DNA of 64,000 nucleotides. Origin: a virus (lineage: Duplodnaviria > Caudoviricetes). Below are positions 24,871 to 34,401 of this stretch, in pieces (the stretch's first letter is position 1; each line of letters starts with the position of its first letter). Under the pieces are notes generated by a model, which made no database searches, had not been told where the DNA came from, and saw only the letters and a program-made list of their open reading frames with translations. Location: IMG/VR virus record IMGVR_UViG_3300026541_000034, positions 3,257 through 67,256 of that record. One strand, given 5' to 3'. The position numbers and the translations under genes are program-made.

Positions 24871-26740
24871 TCAATCCGATGTCAGGGAAATTACAAAAGG
24901 CGGCGGGATCGCCAAGAAGCGCCGGTTCGACCAATCGGACTGGAAGTTTATTGCCGAGTTTGTGATTGAGACGCATCGGACGCGGAAGGAAAATAGGCGG
25001 CATCGCGAACGGCATTGGAAGGAGATCGACCGCCAAGTGGCTATGGAGCCTTGCAATAAACATAAAGTCATGCCGGACGGGACCATTGATACAACCCGAA
25101 CGTGGATGGCGGAAATGGAGCTTCCGCTCCAGGCCCAGGCTCTGGAAATTCTGACGGGAGATGCAAGACGTATGTTATTCCCGCCGAGTGGGCCTTGGTT
25201 CAAAGCGCATGCAGAAACGACAGACGAGTATTTGGATAGAGCTGATTTTTCGTCAATTATTCTTGGCGATAAGGCGGAAGTCCCTTCTCTGATCACTCAA
25301 GATAATGCGGACCATCTTGTCCGAGGATTTATCCTCAATTTCATGCGCCAGAATGATTTTAAGTCCCGCATGGACAGGATAAACGCTGAATCTTTTCAGT
25401 ATGGCATGGGGATAGGCCGGGTCCGAAAGGAAACCAAGAACGTTTATATTCACGAATCTCGTGGCGTTATAAAGGAAGAGAAGCGCATTCCTGTTGTTGT
25501 CCCCAACTCAATCAAAAGAGTTTATTTGGCGGAACCGCTCCCCAGTACCCACTCTGCGCAAGTGCTCGGTGAAGCCATAATCGCGGAAGATTGGATGAAG
25601 CTCGACAACCTTCGACTTGCCGCGAATAGAGGTTCAAACGATCCTAACAACGAAGATGGCGGCTGGATGTCTGCCAATGTCAAGAGACTTGAGCCAGATG
25701 AAAATGGCATGGTCCAACTTCTGGAGTTGGAAGGCGACATTGTCGTCCCGAGAAAAACTGTACGCAGCATAGTTATCCCTGGAGCCATTGTTACGGTCGC
25801 TATTGGTGGTAAGAATGGGTCGAGTGGAGAAGTCACACGATCAGTAGTTCGGTTCCGCTACAGGAAAATGCCATTCTCAAGCTATGTGCTCTTTCCTTAC
25901 CATCATGAATCGGTAGACGAGGCTTACCCGACAAGCCCACTTATGAAAGGACGCCCTGTTCAAATTGCAGCCGTTGACGCATTGAACCGGTTGATGGACG
26001 CGGCCGCTCTTAAGAACGCGCCCCCTGTTGCATTCGATAAAGACGATACAACGTTCGGGGGGACCGGTGGGCCGCGGATTCATCCTAATGCGCTCTGGGA
26101 GACGCTCGGAGACATAAAGGTTTATTCTGAAATTGGAGGCGAGCCAGCGGCGATGTCAGCGACATTGTCCTTGTTCATAAATCTATATGCCGAGTTGACC
26201 GGCGTTCTTCCCTCTCGTCTCGGAGCCCAGACCGTATCGCATACGACGGCATTCGCTAAGGATGCAGAGATCCAAAGGGGTGCGTCTCGAACGGTTGATT
26301 TCGTCCAAGCGTCTGGTGACGGACCTTTCGTTCGGATGCTCGATATGATGTATCAGATGGGGCTTTCCTCATTTAGGCCGAATGAAACAATGAGCTTCTA
26401 CATTGAGTCTTATGGGGGCTATGTCAACATTGGGAAAGAGCATCTTCCCACTCATGCGAACTTTGAATGGTTCGGCGCCGGTGGACCTGCTGAACAAGCG
26501 CAGAGGGAAGCTAAGCGCGTTCAAAGCCTGCAGACCGCAATTCAAATAGATCAAATCAAAGTTCAGCAAGGCGAAAAGCCGTCGCTTGATCTAACTGCAG
26601 CTCAAGCGCAGACGCTTCGAGAAGGCGGCTGGACTGATGTCGATACACTTATCAAAGAAGAGCCGGTTGAAGCGCCGCTGCCGGTTGAAAACCCAGGCAT
26701 TGTGGAAACAGCCTTGAGAGGAATTGATCAAGCAGCATGA
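24863..26740 (+). CDS. Portal protein (podovirus type)
   Basis: 625 aa, position, YG.GI and LTGV..S.LG..T motifs. Confidence 0.85.
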   Translation: MPSQSDVREITKGGGIAKKRRFDQSDWKFIAEFVIETHRTRKENRRHRERHWKEIDRQVAMEPCNKHKVMPDGTIDTTRTWMAEMELPLQAQALEILTGDARRMLFPPSGPWFKAHAETTDEYLDRADFSSIILGDKAEVPSLITQDNADHLVRGFILNFMRQNDFKSRMDRINAESFQYGMGIGRVRKETKNVYIHESRGVIKEEKRIPVVVPNSIKRVYLAEPLPSTHSAQVLGEAIIAEDWMKLDNLRLAANRGSNDPNNEDGGWMSANVKRLEPDENGMVQLLELEGDIVVPRKTVRSIVIPGAIVTVAIGGKNGSSGEVTRSVVRFRYRKMPFSSYVLFPYHHESVDEAYPTSPLMKGRPVQIAAVDALNRLMDAAALKNAPPVAFDKDDTTFGGTGGPRIHPNALWETLGDIKVYSEIGGEPAAMSATLSLFINLYAELTGVLPSRLGAQTVSHTTAFAKDAEIQRGASRTVDFVQASGDGPFVRMLDMMYQMGLSSFRPNETMSFYIESYGGYVNIGKEHLPTHANFEWFGAGGPAEQAQREAKRVQSLQTAIQIDQIKVQQGEKPSLDLTAAQAQTLREGGWTDVDTLIKEEPVEAPLPVENPGIVETALRGIDQAA

Positions 26741-26982
26741 CTATGACGCCAGAAGTACAAATCCTCTTAGCTGATCTACGCCAGCACCCGCTATTTTCAG
26801 CACTTATCAAATCGGTGCCAGCGCCAAAATTGGCCAGCTATAGACCATCGAAATCCGGCAGCCTCGAAAGTGTGGGTGCCCAACATTGTTACCAGTCAGG
26901 ACAGATGAGCCAGCACAAGTTGTGGCTTAGCTTTCTGACAGGAGAAAAGATTCCCGACATCGGGGATGACAGCACTTCGTGA
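26737..26982 (+). CDS. Hypothetical protein
   Basis: Coupled ORF after portal. Confidence 0.6.
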   Translation: MTMTPEVQILLADLRQHPLFSALIKSVPAPKLASYRPSKSGSLESVGAQHCYQSGQMSQHKLWLSFLTGEKIPDIGDDSTS

Positions 26983-26998
26983 AAGGAGAAAATTCACT

Positions 26999-27679
26999 GT
27001 GCCCGAAGAACAAAAACAGCAACCCGTGGAAAAGAAAACCGACGTTCAGGTCCCGCCTGTAACTGAGGAAACTGTCGCACGGAAAGAAGACGATCTTGAA
27101 GATTTGTTGGCCCAATATGATTCAGGCCAGCCAAAGACTGAGGTCGCTCCAGCGGCTGATGCCGGGTCGTCAACAATCAAGCCTGAACCTAAGCTGGAAG
27201 CGGATACCCAAGAATCGGTAATCCTGCAAAAGCTGAATGCTATGGAATCGGAGCGAACCGCTGAACGTGAAACCGAGCGCGCTGCCGACGCCGAGAAACT
27301 ATTCAAAACCGACATGGCCGATACCGTCAAATTAGTTCGCGGAGATCTAGATGCGGACCATTGGGACGACGCTCTTGTCGAGGGATGGATTGATGCAATG
27401 GCTAAGAAGGATGACCGTCTCGCAACCGCGTGGGCGGAACGCCACCAGAGACCACAGCATTTCGAGAAAATTGTTGCTGGATTGGGACGGAAATTTCACG
27501 CGAAATTTTCTTCCTTCCCAGATAAGCAGGCTACCGAAGACAAGGAAGCCGTAACAGCAGCGGTTCAGGGTGCGTCAACCACGGCCCCTGAAAAGAAACC
27601 TACCAACTACAATAGCATGTCCGATGCCGCGTTCGGTAAATCAGTACGAGAGGAATACGGTTTCGATCCATTGCAGTAG
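26999..27679 (+). CDS. Capsid scaffolding protein
   Basis: Charged helical protein upstream of the capsid gene; GTG start with SD AGGAG. Confidence 0.7.
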   Translation: MPEEQKQQPVEKKTDVQVPPVTEETVARKEDDLEDLLAQYDSGQPKTEVAPAADAGSSTIKPEPKLEADTQESVILQKLNAMESERTAERETERAADAEKLFKTDMADTVKLVRGDLDADHWDDALVEGWIDAMAKKDDRLATAWAERHQRPQHFEKIVAGLGRKFHAKFSSFPDKQATEDKEAVTAAVQGASTTAPEKKPTNYNSMSDAAFGKSVREEYGFDPLQ

Positions 27680-27714
27680 TTGACAGGGGCCACGATCCAT
27701 AAAGGAAAGCGATC

Positions 27715-28806
27715 GTGACTCTACAGATTACCGCTACCGACGTTGAACTACAAAAACCGATCAACGTCGTCTTTGAGCAAACTTTCCTGCGCAGAGCGCA
27801 GCAGCTTGCTCCTTATTTCGCCGGCACTATGCCCGGCAGCATCAGCAAACAGATGGGTACTTCCACAATTAAGTGGAGGCGTATCGAACAGGAAACTCCA
27901 TCGACTACGGCCCTAACTGAGCTGACAGGCAATGCGACCTTTATGATGGGTCGCGATGCCGATGTCCCGACATTTACGGACATTACAGCGACACTTGCGA
28001 AGTTTGGTCAGTTCTACATCGTCAATGAAGAAGTTGACCTATTTAACCCCAACGGCACCGCTGCAGAGCTTGTAGCTGTTCTTGGAGAATCCGCCGGCCG
28101 GTCATTGAACCAGCTCATGCGCGATATCGAAGAGGACAACTCCACCCAGCGCTTCGCCGCAAATGTCGCAGCTACTGTCAACGTCAACACCGTTGTCAGC
28201 GTAGGTGATCTTAACCGGGTCATTAATGAGCTAACGGTAAACTCAACTCGCGTTTTCATGCCACTTACAGAAGGTAACACCAGCATTGGCACAGCGCCGA
28301 TCCTGTGGAGTTACTGGGCTATTTGTCATCCAGACGTTGCTGTTGATGTCGCCGCGCTTGATGGTTTCAAGAGTGTTGAAACCTATGCAGGTCAGACGGT
28401 CATCGCCAATGGTGAGTTCGGGTATTACTCGCTTGCTGGACGCGGTGTGCGTTTCATCATGACCGAGGATGCCAGCATTGATCTTGGTGCCGGTGCCGTA
28501 GGCGGAACGGATGTTCGAGAAACTGCCTCTGATGCCGATATCTATACCATTGTTATCTACGGTAAAGATGCTTTCGGCTCTGTCGGTCTCGGCATGCGTC
28601 ACACTGATGGCATTTATCGTGCTGGTGACAATACTGGCGGTTGGGAATTGATTTTCCATAATCGTGGGTCAGGCGGCATTGCCGATCCGTTCAATGAGAT
28701 CTCTACGCTTGCATGGAAAGCTTGGTTTGCAGGTGCGGTTCTCAATACTGATTGGTCGCGCGCGCTGCGTGTCGCCGTAACTGATCTATCGAATGCTCCT
28801 AGCTAA
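27715..28806 (+). CDS. Major capsid protein, N4-gp56-like family
   Basis: 363 aa; TIKWRR, G.F..V.E, HPDV..D, G.DA.G, DP.N...AWK motifs. Confidence 0.88.
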   Translation: MTLQITATDVELQKPINVVFEQTFLRRAQQLAPYFAGTMPGSISKQMGTSTIKWRRIEQETPSTTALTELTGNATFMMGRDADVPTFTDITATLAKFGQFYIVNEEVDLFNPNGTAAELVAVLGESAGRSLNQLMRDIEEDNSTQRFAANVAATVNVNTVVSVGDLNRVINELTVNSTRVFMPLTEGNTSIGTAPILWSYWAICHPDVAVDVAALDGFKSVETYAGQTVIANGEFGYYSLAGRGVRFIMTEDASIDLGAGAVGGTDVRETASDADIYTIVIYGKDAFGSVGLGMRHTDGIYRAGDNTGGWELIFHNRGSGGIADPFNEISTLAWKAWFAGAVLNTDWSRALRVAVTDLSNAPS

Positions 28807-28817
28807 GAATTGAGAAT

Positions 28818-28850
28818 GGCGGGAGAGGGGAAATCCCTCTCCTCCCGTTT
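28818..28850 (+). terminator. Hairpin terminator after the capsid gene
   Basis: GGGAGAGGG..CCCTCTCCTCCC followed by TTT. Confidence 0.6.
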
Positions 28851-28866
28851 AGCAGAAAGATGAATT

Positions 28867-29505
28867 ATGCAGCTCCTTACAATACAAGATCCTCGGGACA
28901 ATCTTGAAAAAGCGCGCAAGAATGAACTTGTGGATTTTGCACATGATCATCGTATTGCAGGGGTTGATCCTGCTATGCCGGCCATTCTCATTCGTAAGAT
29001 TCTGCGGAGCAGGGGTCATGTTGATATTACTGTGCCGGTTCGCCTCCTTGGGCAAACGCCCGGCGCCAGAGGATCTTCTGGGCCGTCTACTCCGGAAAAT
29101 ACGGTTGAGATGCTTGCCGACGATGACTTGATGCAGCAATGGCTTAGAAGCCAGGGGGTGGAGACGCCTACAGTTCCGGACGTGCCGCATGCCAATGGTC
29201 ATGCGCATGACTATTCCAATGAAGTTGACCGAATCAGAGAAGGGGCTGAGCGCGCTATCCGTGAAGGACAAGCGATACTCCTGAGCTTGAAAGTGGACAA
29301 GAACTGGACGAATGAGACGGAGCTACCTTCCGGAGTTCAAGACCTGGAAGCGCTCGAACCAAAGAACCTTCCGATAGATAGTATGAAGATGCCCGAGCTG
29401 CGCAAAGCATGCAAAGCAGCCGGAATCAAGATGAAACGCACCGATAAGATGCTGGATTTGAGGGCAAAGCTCAATGGCGAAAACACTTCTGAATGCAGTC
29501 AATGA
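28867..29505 (+). CDS. Protein with C-terminal HeH/LEM/SAP-like motif
   Basis: IDSMKMPELRKACKAAGIKM..LRAKL. Confidence 0.65.
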   Translation: MQLLTIQDPRDNLEKARKNELVDFAHDHRIAGVDPAMPAILIRKILRSRGHVDITVPVRLLGQTPGARGSSGPSTPENTVEMLADDDLMQQWLRSQGVETPTVPDVPHANGHAHDYSNEVDRIREGAERAIREGQAILLSLKVDKNWTNETELPSGVQDLEALEPKNLPIDSMKMPELRKACKAAGIKMKRTDKMLDLRAKLNGENTSECSQ

Positions 29506-30202
29506 AATCCTTAAGCGTCTTTCTCTAATCGCCGGTGACTCCGGTGAATTGACGTCGCTGACGGATTCCGCGCGGCAGCCCGCGATTGACATTTCTGTGC
29601 AGGTCATCAACGAAGCTGTGGACCGGATGTACTATGCGTCCAATCTGATGATGCCAACCGGACAAGCTGAAGATACCATTACGCTTCTCCAAGGTGTCAG
29701 AACTTATGCCCTTGCGACTGATCTAGTCCGGCTTCGTTATCCATTCATTGACAGGGTGAATACACAGCATCTTTTCGAATTCAAAGGTGGCTATAATCAG
29801 ATACTCATATTCGATCCGGAGCTGGATGATGTGGGGCTTCCTCATTTCGGGGCAATAAGTCCTGTTGATGGTCAATTCTTTGTCGATCGCGCGCCGCGAG
29901 CCGAAGAGGCAGGAAGGGTGTATTTTTACCAATATGACAAAGACCTTTCCCTGCAATTCGCTACTGATTTATTTCCATTCACTGATGCCGTTTTTCGCGC
30001 GCTCGTACCCGCCTGGGTGCAGTTATGGAAACGCGAGCGCCGTAACCAATTCGACGATGGTTTGTTCACGGCCGGTATGGGGCTTGCTTCGCGGCTTTTG
30101 ACCAAGAAAATAATCAGGTCATCTTACTCTCCGAGACTCCATGGCGACTGTGGTGGTCATGGCGGTCATCATGGAGGCCATGGGGGCCATCATGGTAGAT
30201 AA
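29474..30202 (+). CDS. Head-tail adaptor / tail tubular A-like protein with His/Gly-rich tail
   Basis: TLLNAVNEIL start; position; ends HGDCGGHGGHHGGHGGHHGR. Confidence 0.75.
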   Translation: MAKTLLNAVNEILKRLSLIAGDSGELTSLTDSARQPAIDISVQVINEAVDRMYYASNLMMPTGQAEDTITLLQGVRTYALATDLVRLRYPFIDRVNTQHLFEFKGGYNQILIFDPELDDVGLPHFGAISPVDGQFFVDRAPRAEEAGRVYFYQYDKDLSLQFATDLFPFTDAVFRALVPAWVQLWKRERRNQFDDGLFTAGMGLASRLLTKKIIRSSYSPRLHGDCGGHGGHHGGHGGHHGR

Positions 30203-31790
30203 AATAGGCCCAGATGATCTCGACGTAGTTATCAAATTTGGCGGCGGTCTCCATACACGAGCCTCTGAAGACGAGATAGATCAGCGAGAGGCAGCGGCGG
30301 GTAATAATTTTTTACTCGATCTGGAAAATCTGCAATTAAGAAATCGTCCTCCGTTTGATCTTATCGGTCAGGTGCCAAATGGACAAGAGATACGCGGCGG
30401 TGGATCTCTCCTGAAATCAGATGGAACGGTTTCGACACTGGTGCAAGCTGGCGATACCGTATTTGAGTGGGATGGGATTACAACGTTCACATCTGTCGGC
30501 ACTGTCGATCCTAACGCTCGATTGCGAGGGCATTGGCGGACCCATAATTTTACCCTGGATGACAAGCTGTTGCTTACAGATCTAAATCTGGTTGAGGTGG
30601 TCAAGGAATGGGACGGTACAACTTTTGCCGATATTGTATTCACAGATGAGGAGGAAGTGCCGTTCGGAACTTTCTTCGCGAAATATCTCTCCATCTCTCT
30701 TGAGAGGGCTGTGTTCTCTCATGTAAGAGATCCAAGCCAGGTAATTAGGCATATGATGGTTGGGTCGAAGCAGACCGACTTCACGCAGATCACTGTATCT
30801 AATTTGCCTTCCAATGCTCTAAGTGAAGAAGATCCTTTCTTCCTACTCATGCCGGACCTCAGACCCATAAATGGGCATGTTGAAGCTTTCGGCACGACAA
30901 TATTATCCACTCAAAAAGGCCGTTTATTTAATCTGGCGGGCTCCTCTGCGAAAGATTTCTCGTTCAGTGATTTCTATCCTGGCTCCAATGCGAGTGGCGA
31001 GGAATCGCTCGTTTATATTGGCAACGATATTATTTACGGGCGTCAAGGAAGAATCGAGAGCGTAACAGACACTCAAAGATTTGGAGATTCTGAAGCGGAC
31101 GATCTTTCTAGGCAGATATCAGACCAGATTGAGGGATTTACAGCCTGGTCGTCGGCCTATAATTCGAGATTAAATCGGGCTTACCTATTCCCCGAAGATG
31201 AAGCGGAAGTGTGGATTTTCAACACAGCGCTAAGAGGACAGCAGCTTAGTCCTTGGATGCGTTGGAAGACAGAACATCCACTGGACTTTAAGCCAACATT
31301 TCAAATGACCATGCTCGATCCTCAGAATGGACTTGAGTTTCATTTTATGGGGGATGAAGACGGCAATTTCTATCGGACAGAGGGCACTGGAGTTGGGGAC
31401 GGTGGCACTACAAATATTGAGACTGAATGGCTTACTAAGCTGTTCTCCGCGCCCCTTGATTCTGAAGCATTCAATTTTGAGGGATGGATAAAATATCGCA
31501 AAGGCGACTCGGCGACTGTAGTCCTCACTTTTGAATTTGCCGGTATTTCAGTCTTCAATGAAGCGATAACGATTACATTTCCTGCAGTACCGGGGCGCAC
31601 GGTTTATTCTGGAGGCGCCCATTATAATGACGGACAATTTTATGGAACACAATTCAGTGGACGTCTCACGCGCCAAAAATTCCTCGTCGCCGGTCAAGGG
31701 AACGAATTCCAGCTCCGGGTCCAGGTCACGAACACGGCCAATTTCGAAATCAATGAAATCGGCGTTAGGCTCACCGCCGCGAGCGGCTAA
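30192..31790 (+). CDS. Tail nozzle / tubular B (P22 gp10-like)
   Basis: 532 aa, F.GGL start, beta-rich, position after adaptor. Confidence 0.75.
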   Translation: MVDKIGPDDLDVVIKFGGGLHTRASEDEIDQREAAAGNNFLLDLENLQLRNRPPFDLIGQVPNGQEIRGGGSLLKSDGTVSTLVQAGDTVFEWDGITTFTSVGTVDPNARLRGHWRTHNFTLDDKLLLTDLNLVEVVKEWDGTTFADIVFTDEEEVPFGTFFAKYLSISLERAVFSHVRDPSQVIRHMMVGSKQTDFTQITVSNLPSNALSEEDPFFLLMPDLRPINGHVEAFGTTILSTQKGRLFNLAGSSAKDFSFSDFYPGSNASGEESLVYIGNDIIYGRQGRIESVTDTQRFGDSEADDLSRQISDQIEGFTAWSSAYNSRLNRAYLFPEDEAEVWIFNTALRGQQLSPWMRWKTEHPLDFKPTFQMTMLDPQNGLEFHFMGDEDGNFYRTEGTGVGDGGTTNIETEWLTKLFSAPLDSEAFNFEGWIKYRKGDSATVVLTFEFAGISVFNEAITITFPAVPGRTVYSGGAHYNDGQFYGTQFSGRLTRQKFLVAGQGNEFQLRVQVTNTANFEINEIGVRLTAASG

Positions 31791-32340
31791 GAAAAAGAAA
31801 GAAGCGAAGCCAAACTGGAGACTGAGAAAAACACTTTCTCGGGGCGCAAGCATGCATCCTATTGAAGATCAGGATTTGCGCTATATCTGGGCGGCTTATC
31901 GTATGAAGGGACTTCCGACATTAGCCCAGAGATTCACAGATGGGAACATGGATCAGGTTGAGTTCAATAAGGAGCTTGGAAACGAATTGGTCGCCAACTA
32001 TGACGAGGCATGGACGCTGCTTGCCAGTTCAGATAAGGGACCGCGACCAGTTGGTCTTGTTCTCGCCTTTTGTGCCCATTGGAATCCGACGTTTTCGCCC
32101 TTCATGATTGTCGCTGACATGATTTGGTTCCCATGGGCGACGCCGAGAAACAAAATCGAAACTGCGGTCAAGTTTTTCAGCGAAATCAGGAAAGACATAA
32201 ACATGGTCGAGTATGCAAAGAGAGAACATCAGAGGTTCTTCGATATGATGTGCGCTCATGGTGTCATGCGCCGCGCCGGTACTTCTCATGTTGTCTATCC
32301 TGATCAGCCAACGGCGATCTACGAGACGAGGAGAGTCTAA
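31753..32340 (+). CDS. Virion assembly protein (possibly GNAT-like)
   Basis: Position between nozzle and ejection proteins; start uncertain. Confidence 0.5.
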   Translation: MKSALGSPPRAAKKKKEAKPNWRLRKTLSRGASMHPIEDQDLRYIWAAYRMKGLPTLAQRFTDGNMDQVEFNKELGNELVANYDEAWTLLASSDKGPRPVGLVLAFCAHWNPTFSPFMIVADMIWFPWATPRNKIETAVKFFSEIRKDINMVEYAKREHQRFFDMMCAHGVMRRAGTSHVVYPDQPTAIYETRRV

Positions 32341-33077
32341 TGGTCGCTTCTGCTATTGCATCACTAGGTGCATCAGCAATTTCGGCTGGCGCAAGTTTTG
32401 GCCTGTCGAAATTGTTCGGCGGCGGCGACGAACCTGCAGCTCTGCCGCCACCACCAGGCATCAATGCTGGAGGGTTGCGAGCCAAATTCGGAAGCGGTGG
32501 TGTAAATGTCACCAGCTCTGCTGAGCGGCAAGGTTTAGTTAGCGGTCTTGCTAGAACATTTCCGGAGCAGGCTGGGCAAATAGGAGAACTAAGAGAGCAG
32601 GTAACTCCAGGTTTTGGCCGATTGACTACGTCACGGCTGCAGGAGGTTGAGAATGCTCGCCGGGGCGCCATCGGTAATCTACGTGAGAATTTGCAACGGC
32701 GCCGCGTTCTCGGCTCCAGCTTCGCCGGCGACGCATTGACGAGGGCCGAGTCGCAGTTTGGACAGCAAGCGGAACAAGTCGCAGCCGAATCCTTCTTGCA
32801 AGAGCTTGACCTCTCCCAGCAATTGATTCAGCAGGAATTCACAGCGCGGCGTGGTGAATTTACGACGCAGCTCGACGAATTGAACCTGCAAGCAGATCTT
32901 GCCACTAAGTTGGCATCAGGAGCAACACAGACACTTGGAGCGAACGCGCGCTTAAAGGCGGAGCTAGACGCAAGATCACAAGAGGGAGCCGGTAGGTTCT
33001 TCGGTCAGACCGTCCAGCCGTTCATTGACAAGCTTGGAGAGTTCGGCGGCAACTTCCTTGGGCAAGCTTTTGCTTAG
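32340..33077 (+). CDS. DNA ejection / internal virion protein (gp7-like)
   Basis: Ala/Gly-rich N-terminus; RRRVLGSSF motif. Confidence 0.65.
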   Translation: MVASAIASLGASAISAGASFGLSKLFGGGDEPAALPPPPGINAGGLRAKFGSGGVNVTSSAERQGLVSGLARTFPEQAGQIGELREQVTPGFGRLTTSRLQEVENARRGAIGNLRENLQRRRVLGSSFAGDALTRAESQFGQQAEQVAAESFLQELDLSQQLIQQEFTARRGEFTTQLDELNLQADLATKLASGATQTLGANARLKAELDARSQEGAGRFFGQTVQPFIDKLGEFGGNFLGQAFA

Positions 33078-33125
33078 CATTACGCGCTTCCGGACGCATA
33101 GAAATTTATAGAGGAGCAATGCGCT

Positions 33126-34397
33126 ATGGCCGATGGTATTTTTCTTGGTGGTCTCCAGACTGGAATTAAACAAGGTCGCGAAGGCGCTAGGGCCAGTCGA
33201 AGCCTGGATATTACAGAGAAAACTTCACAAGAGAATATTCGGCTAAGGTCGCAAGGGCTTCAACTGCAGGAACGCCAAATCAAAAACGCGGAACAGCGTG
33301 ATCTCGCCGCTCGTTCGGACAAAGCCATCGCCGATACTATGAGCATTATCACAGAGGTTATCGAAGCGGGAAAGGGGGCTGGGCGAGATTCAGAAATGAT
33401 CTCTAAAAGTATAGCGCCTCTGCTGGAAGATGTGACGGGTATTGCCGAACGCGCCGGTCGTGACCCAAACAGGTTTACGGCGCAAGTTCAGGCTCTGATT
33501 TCCGGGCCATCGCCAGAAGAAGCCGCTGCGGGTTCCGGCCGCGCGGCCGCGACCGAGATCACTTCGCAAGCGCAAGCTCTTGAGGCAGGCGGCATCCCGC
33601 CAGCGTCGGCGCAGGCAACGGCAGGAATAAAGCAGCCAGCGCAGCCAAAGGCCATTCAACTCAGAACGTTCCAAATGCCTGATGGCAATTTCTTGAGCGT
33701 GCGGGCAGACGATGCGACGCAAATCAATGCAACGCTCGAAGCTGGCGGCGTAGAGACGCCGCGCCGCGTAGATGCTGCGACAGTGGCTGGTTTAGATCCA
33801 CTTACGGCGTCTACTAGGCAGGAAGTGGCAAAGACGCGCGCAGACATTGGCGATCTTGCTGGTAATCTGGAAGAGCTAGGGGTTGCGCTGAAAGCGTTCG
33901 AAAAAACACCAGAAGCTGGCGGCATCTCTGGGACCGTAATTGAAAAGGCTGGCGGTCTTCTGCAGCAGCTCCCTGGTGGAGTGGGCGAGAAGATCCTTGA
34001 AGCTGCGGGTGTTGATCCGGCAAAAGTTACGAAGGTCAGAACGCAGTTCAGGACGCTGACCGCGCAGATGCTTACGACCATCACTAAGGAGACCAGTCGT
34101 TTTTCGGATGCAGAACGTGAGATTGCACAAGAAACGCTTAAGACACTTGATATCACCGCGTCAGAGCCGCAAATCAGAGCCGCATTAGAGACAGCTACCG
34201 ATCTTCAAGAGCGCGCCATGGTTCGATTGGTCGATAAGCTTAGAATTCAGGGCAAGATAACTGATGAAGAGCTTGGGACAGCTAAGGGAATCGATAACTT
34301 GGAGGTGATTTTGAAGAAAAATGGCATGACGCAAGATGCCGCATTGCGAGCCGTTATAGATTTACGTGCGCGTCTGGGCATTACGGGGTTGAATTAG
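33126..34397 (+). CDS. DNA ejection / internal virion protein
   Basis: Helical, Ala-rich, podovirus position. Confidence 0.6.
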   Translation: MADGIFLGGLQTGIKQGREGARASRSLDITEKTSQENIRLRSQGLQLQERQIKNAEQRDLAARSDKAIADTMSIITEVIEAGKGAGRDSEMISKSIAPLLEDVTGIAERAGRDPNRFTAQVQALISGPSPEEAAAGSGRAAATEITSQAQALEAGGIPPASAQATAGIKQPAQPKAIQLRTFQMPDGNFLSVRADDATQINATLEAGGVETPRRVDAATVAGLDPLTASTRQEVAKTRADIGDLAGNLEELGVALKAFEKTPEAGGISGTVIEKAGGLLQQLPGGVGEKILEAAGVDPAKVTKVRTQFRTLTAQMLTTITKETSRFSDAEREIAQETLKTLDITASEPQIRAALETATDLQERAMVRLVDKLRIQGKITDEELGTAKGIDNLEVILKKNGMTQDAALRAVIDLRARLGITGLN

Positions 34398-34401
34398 AAC
34401 A

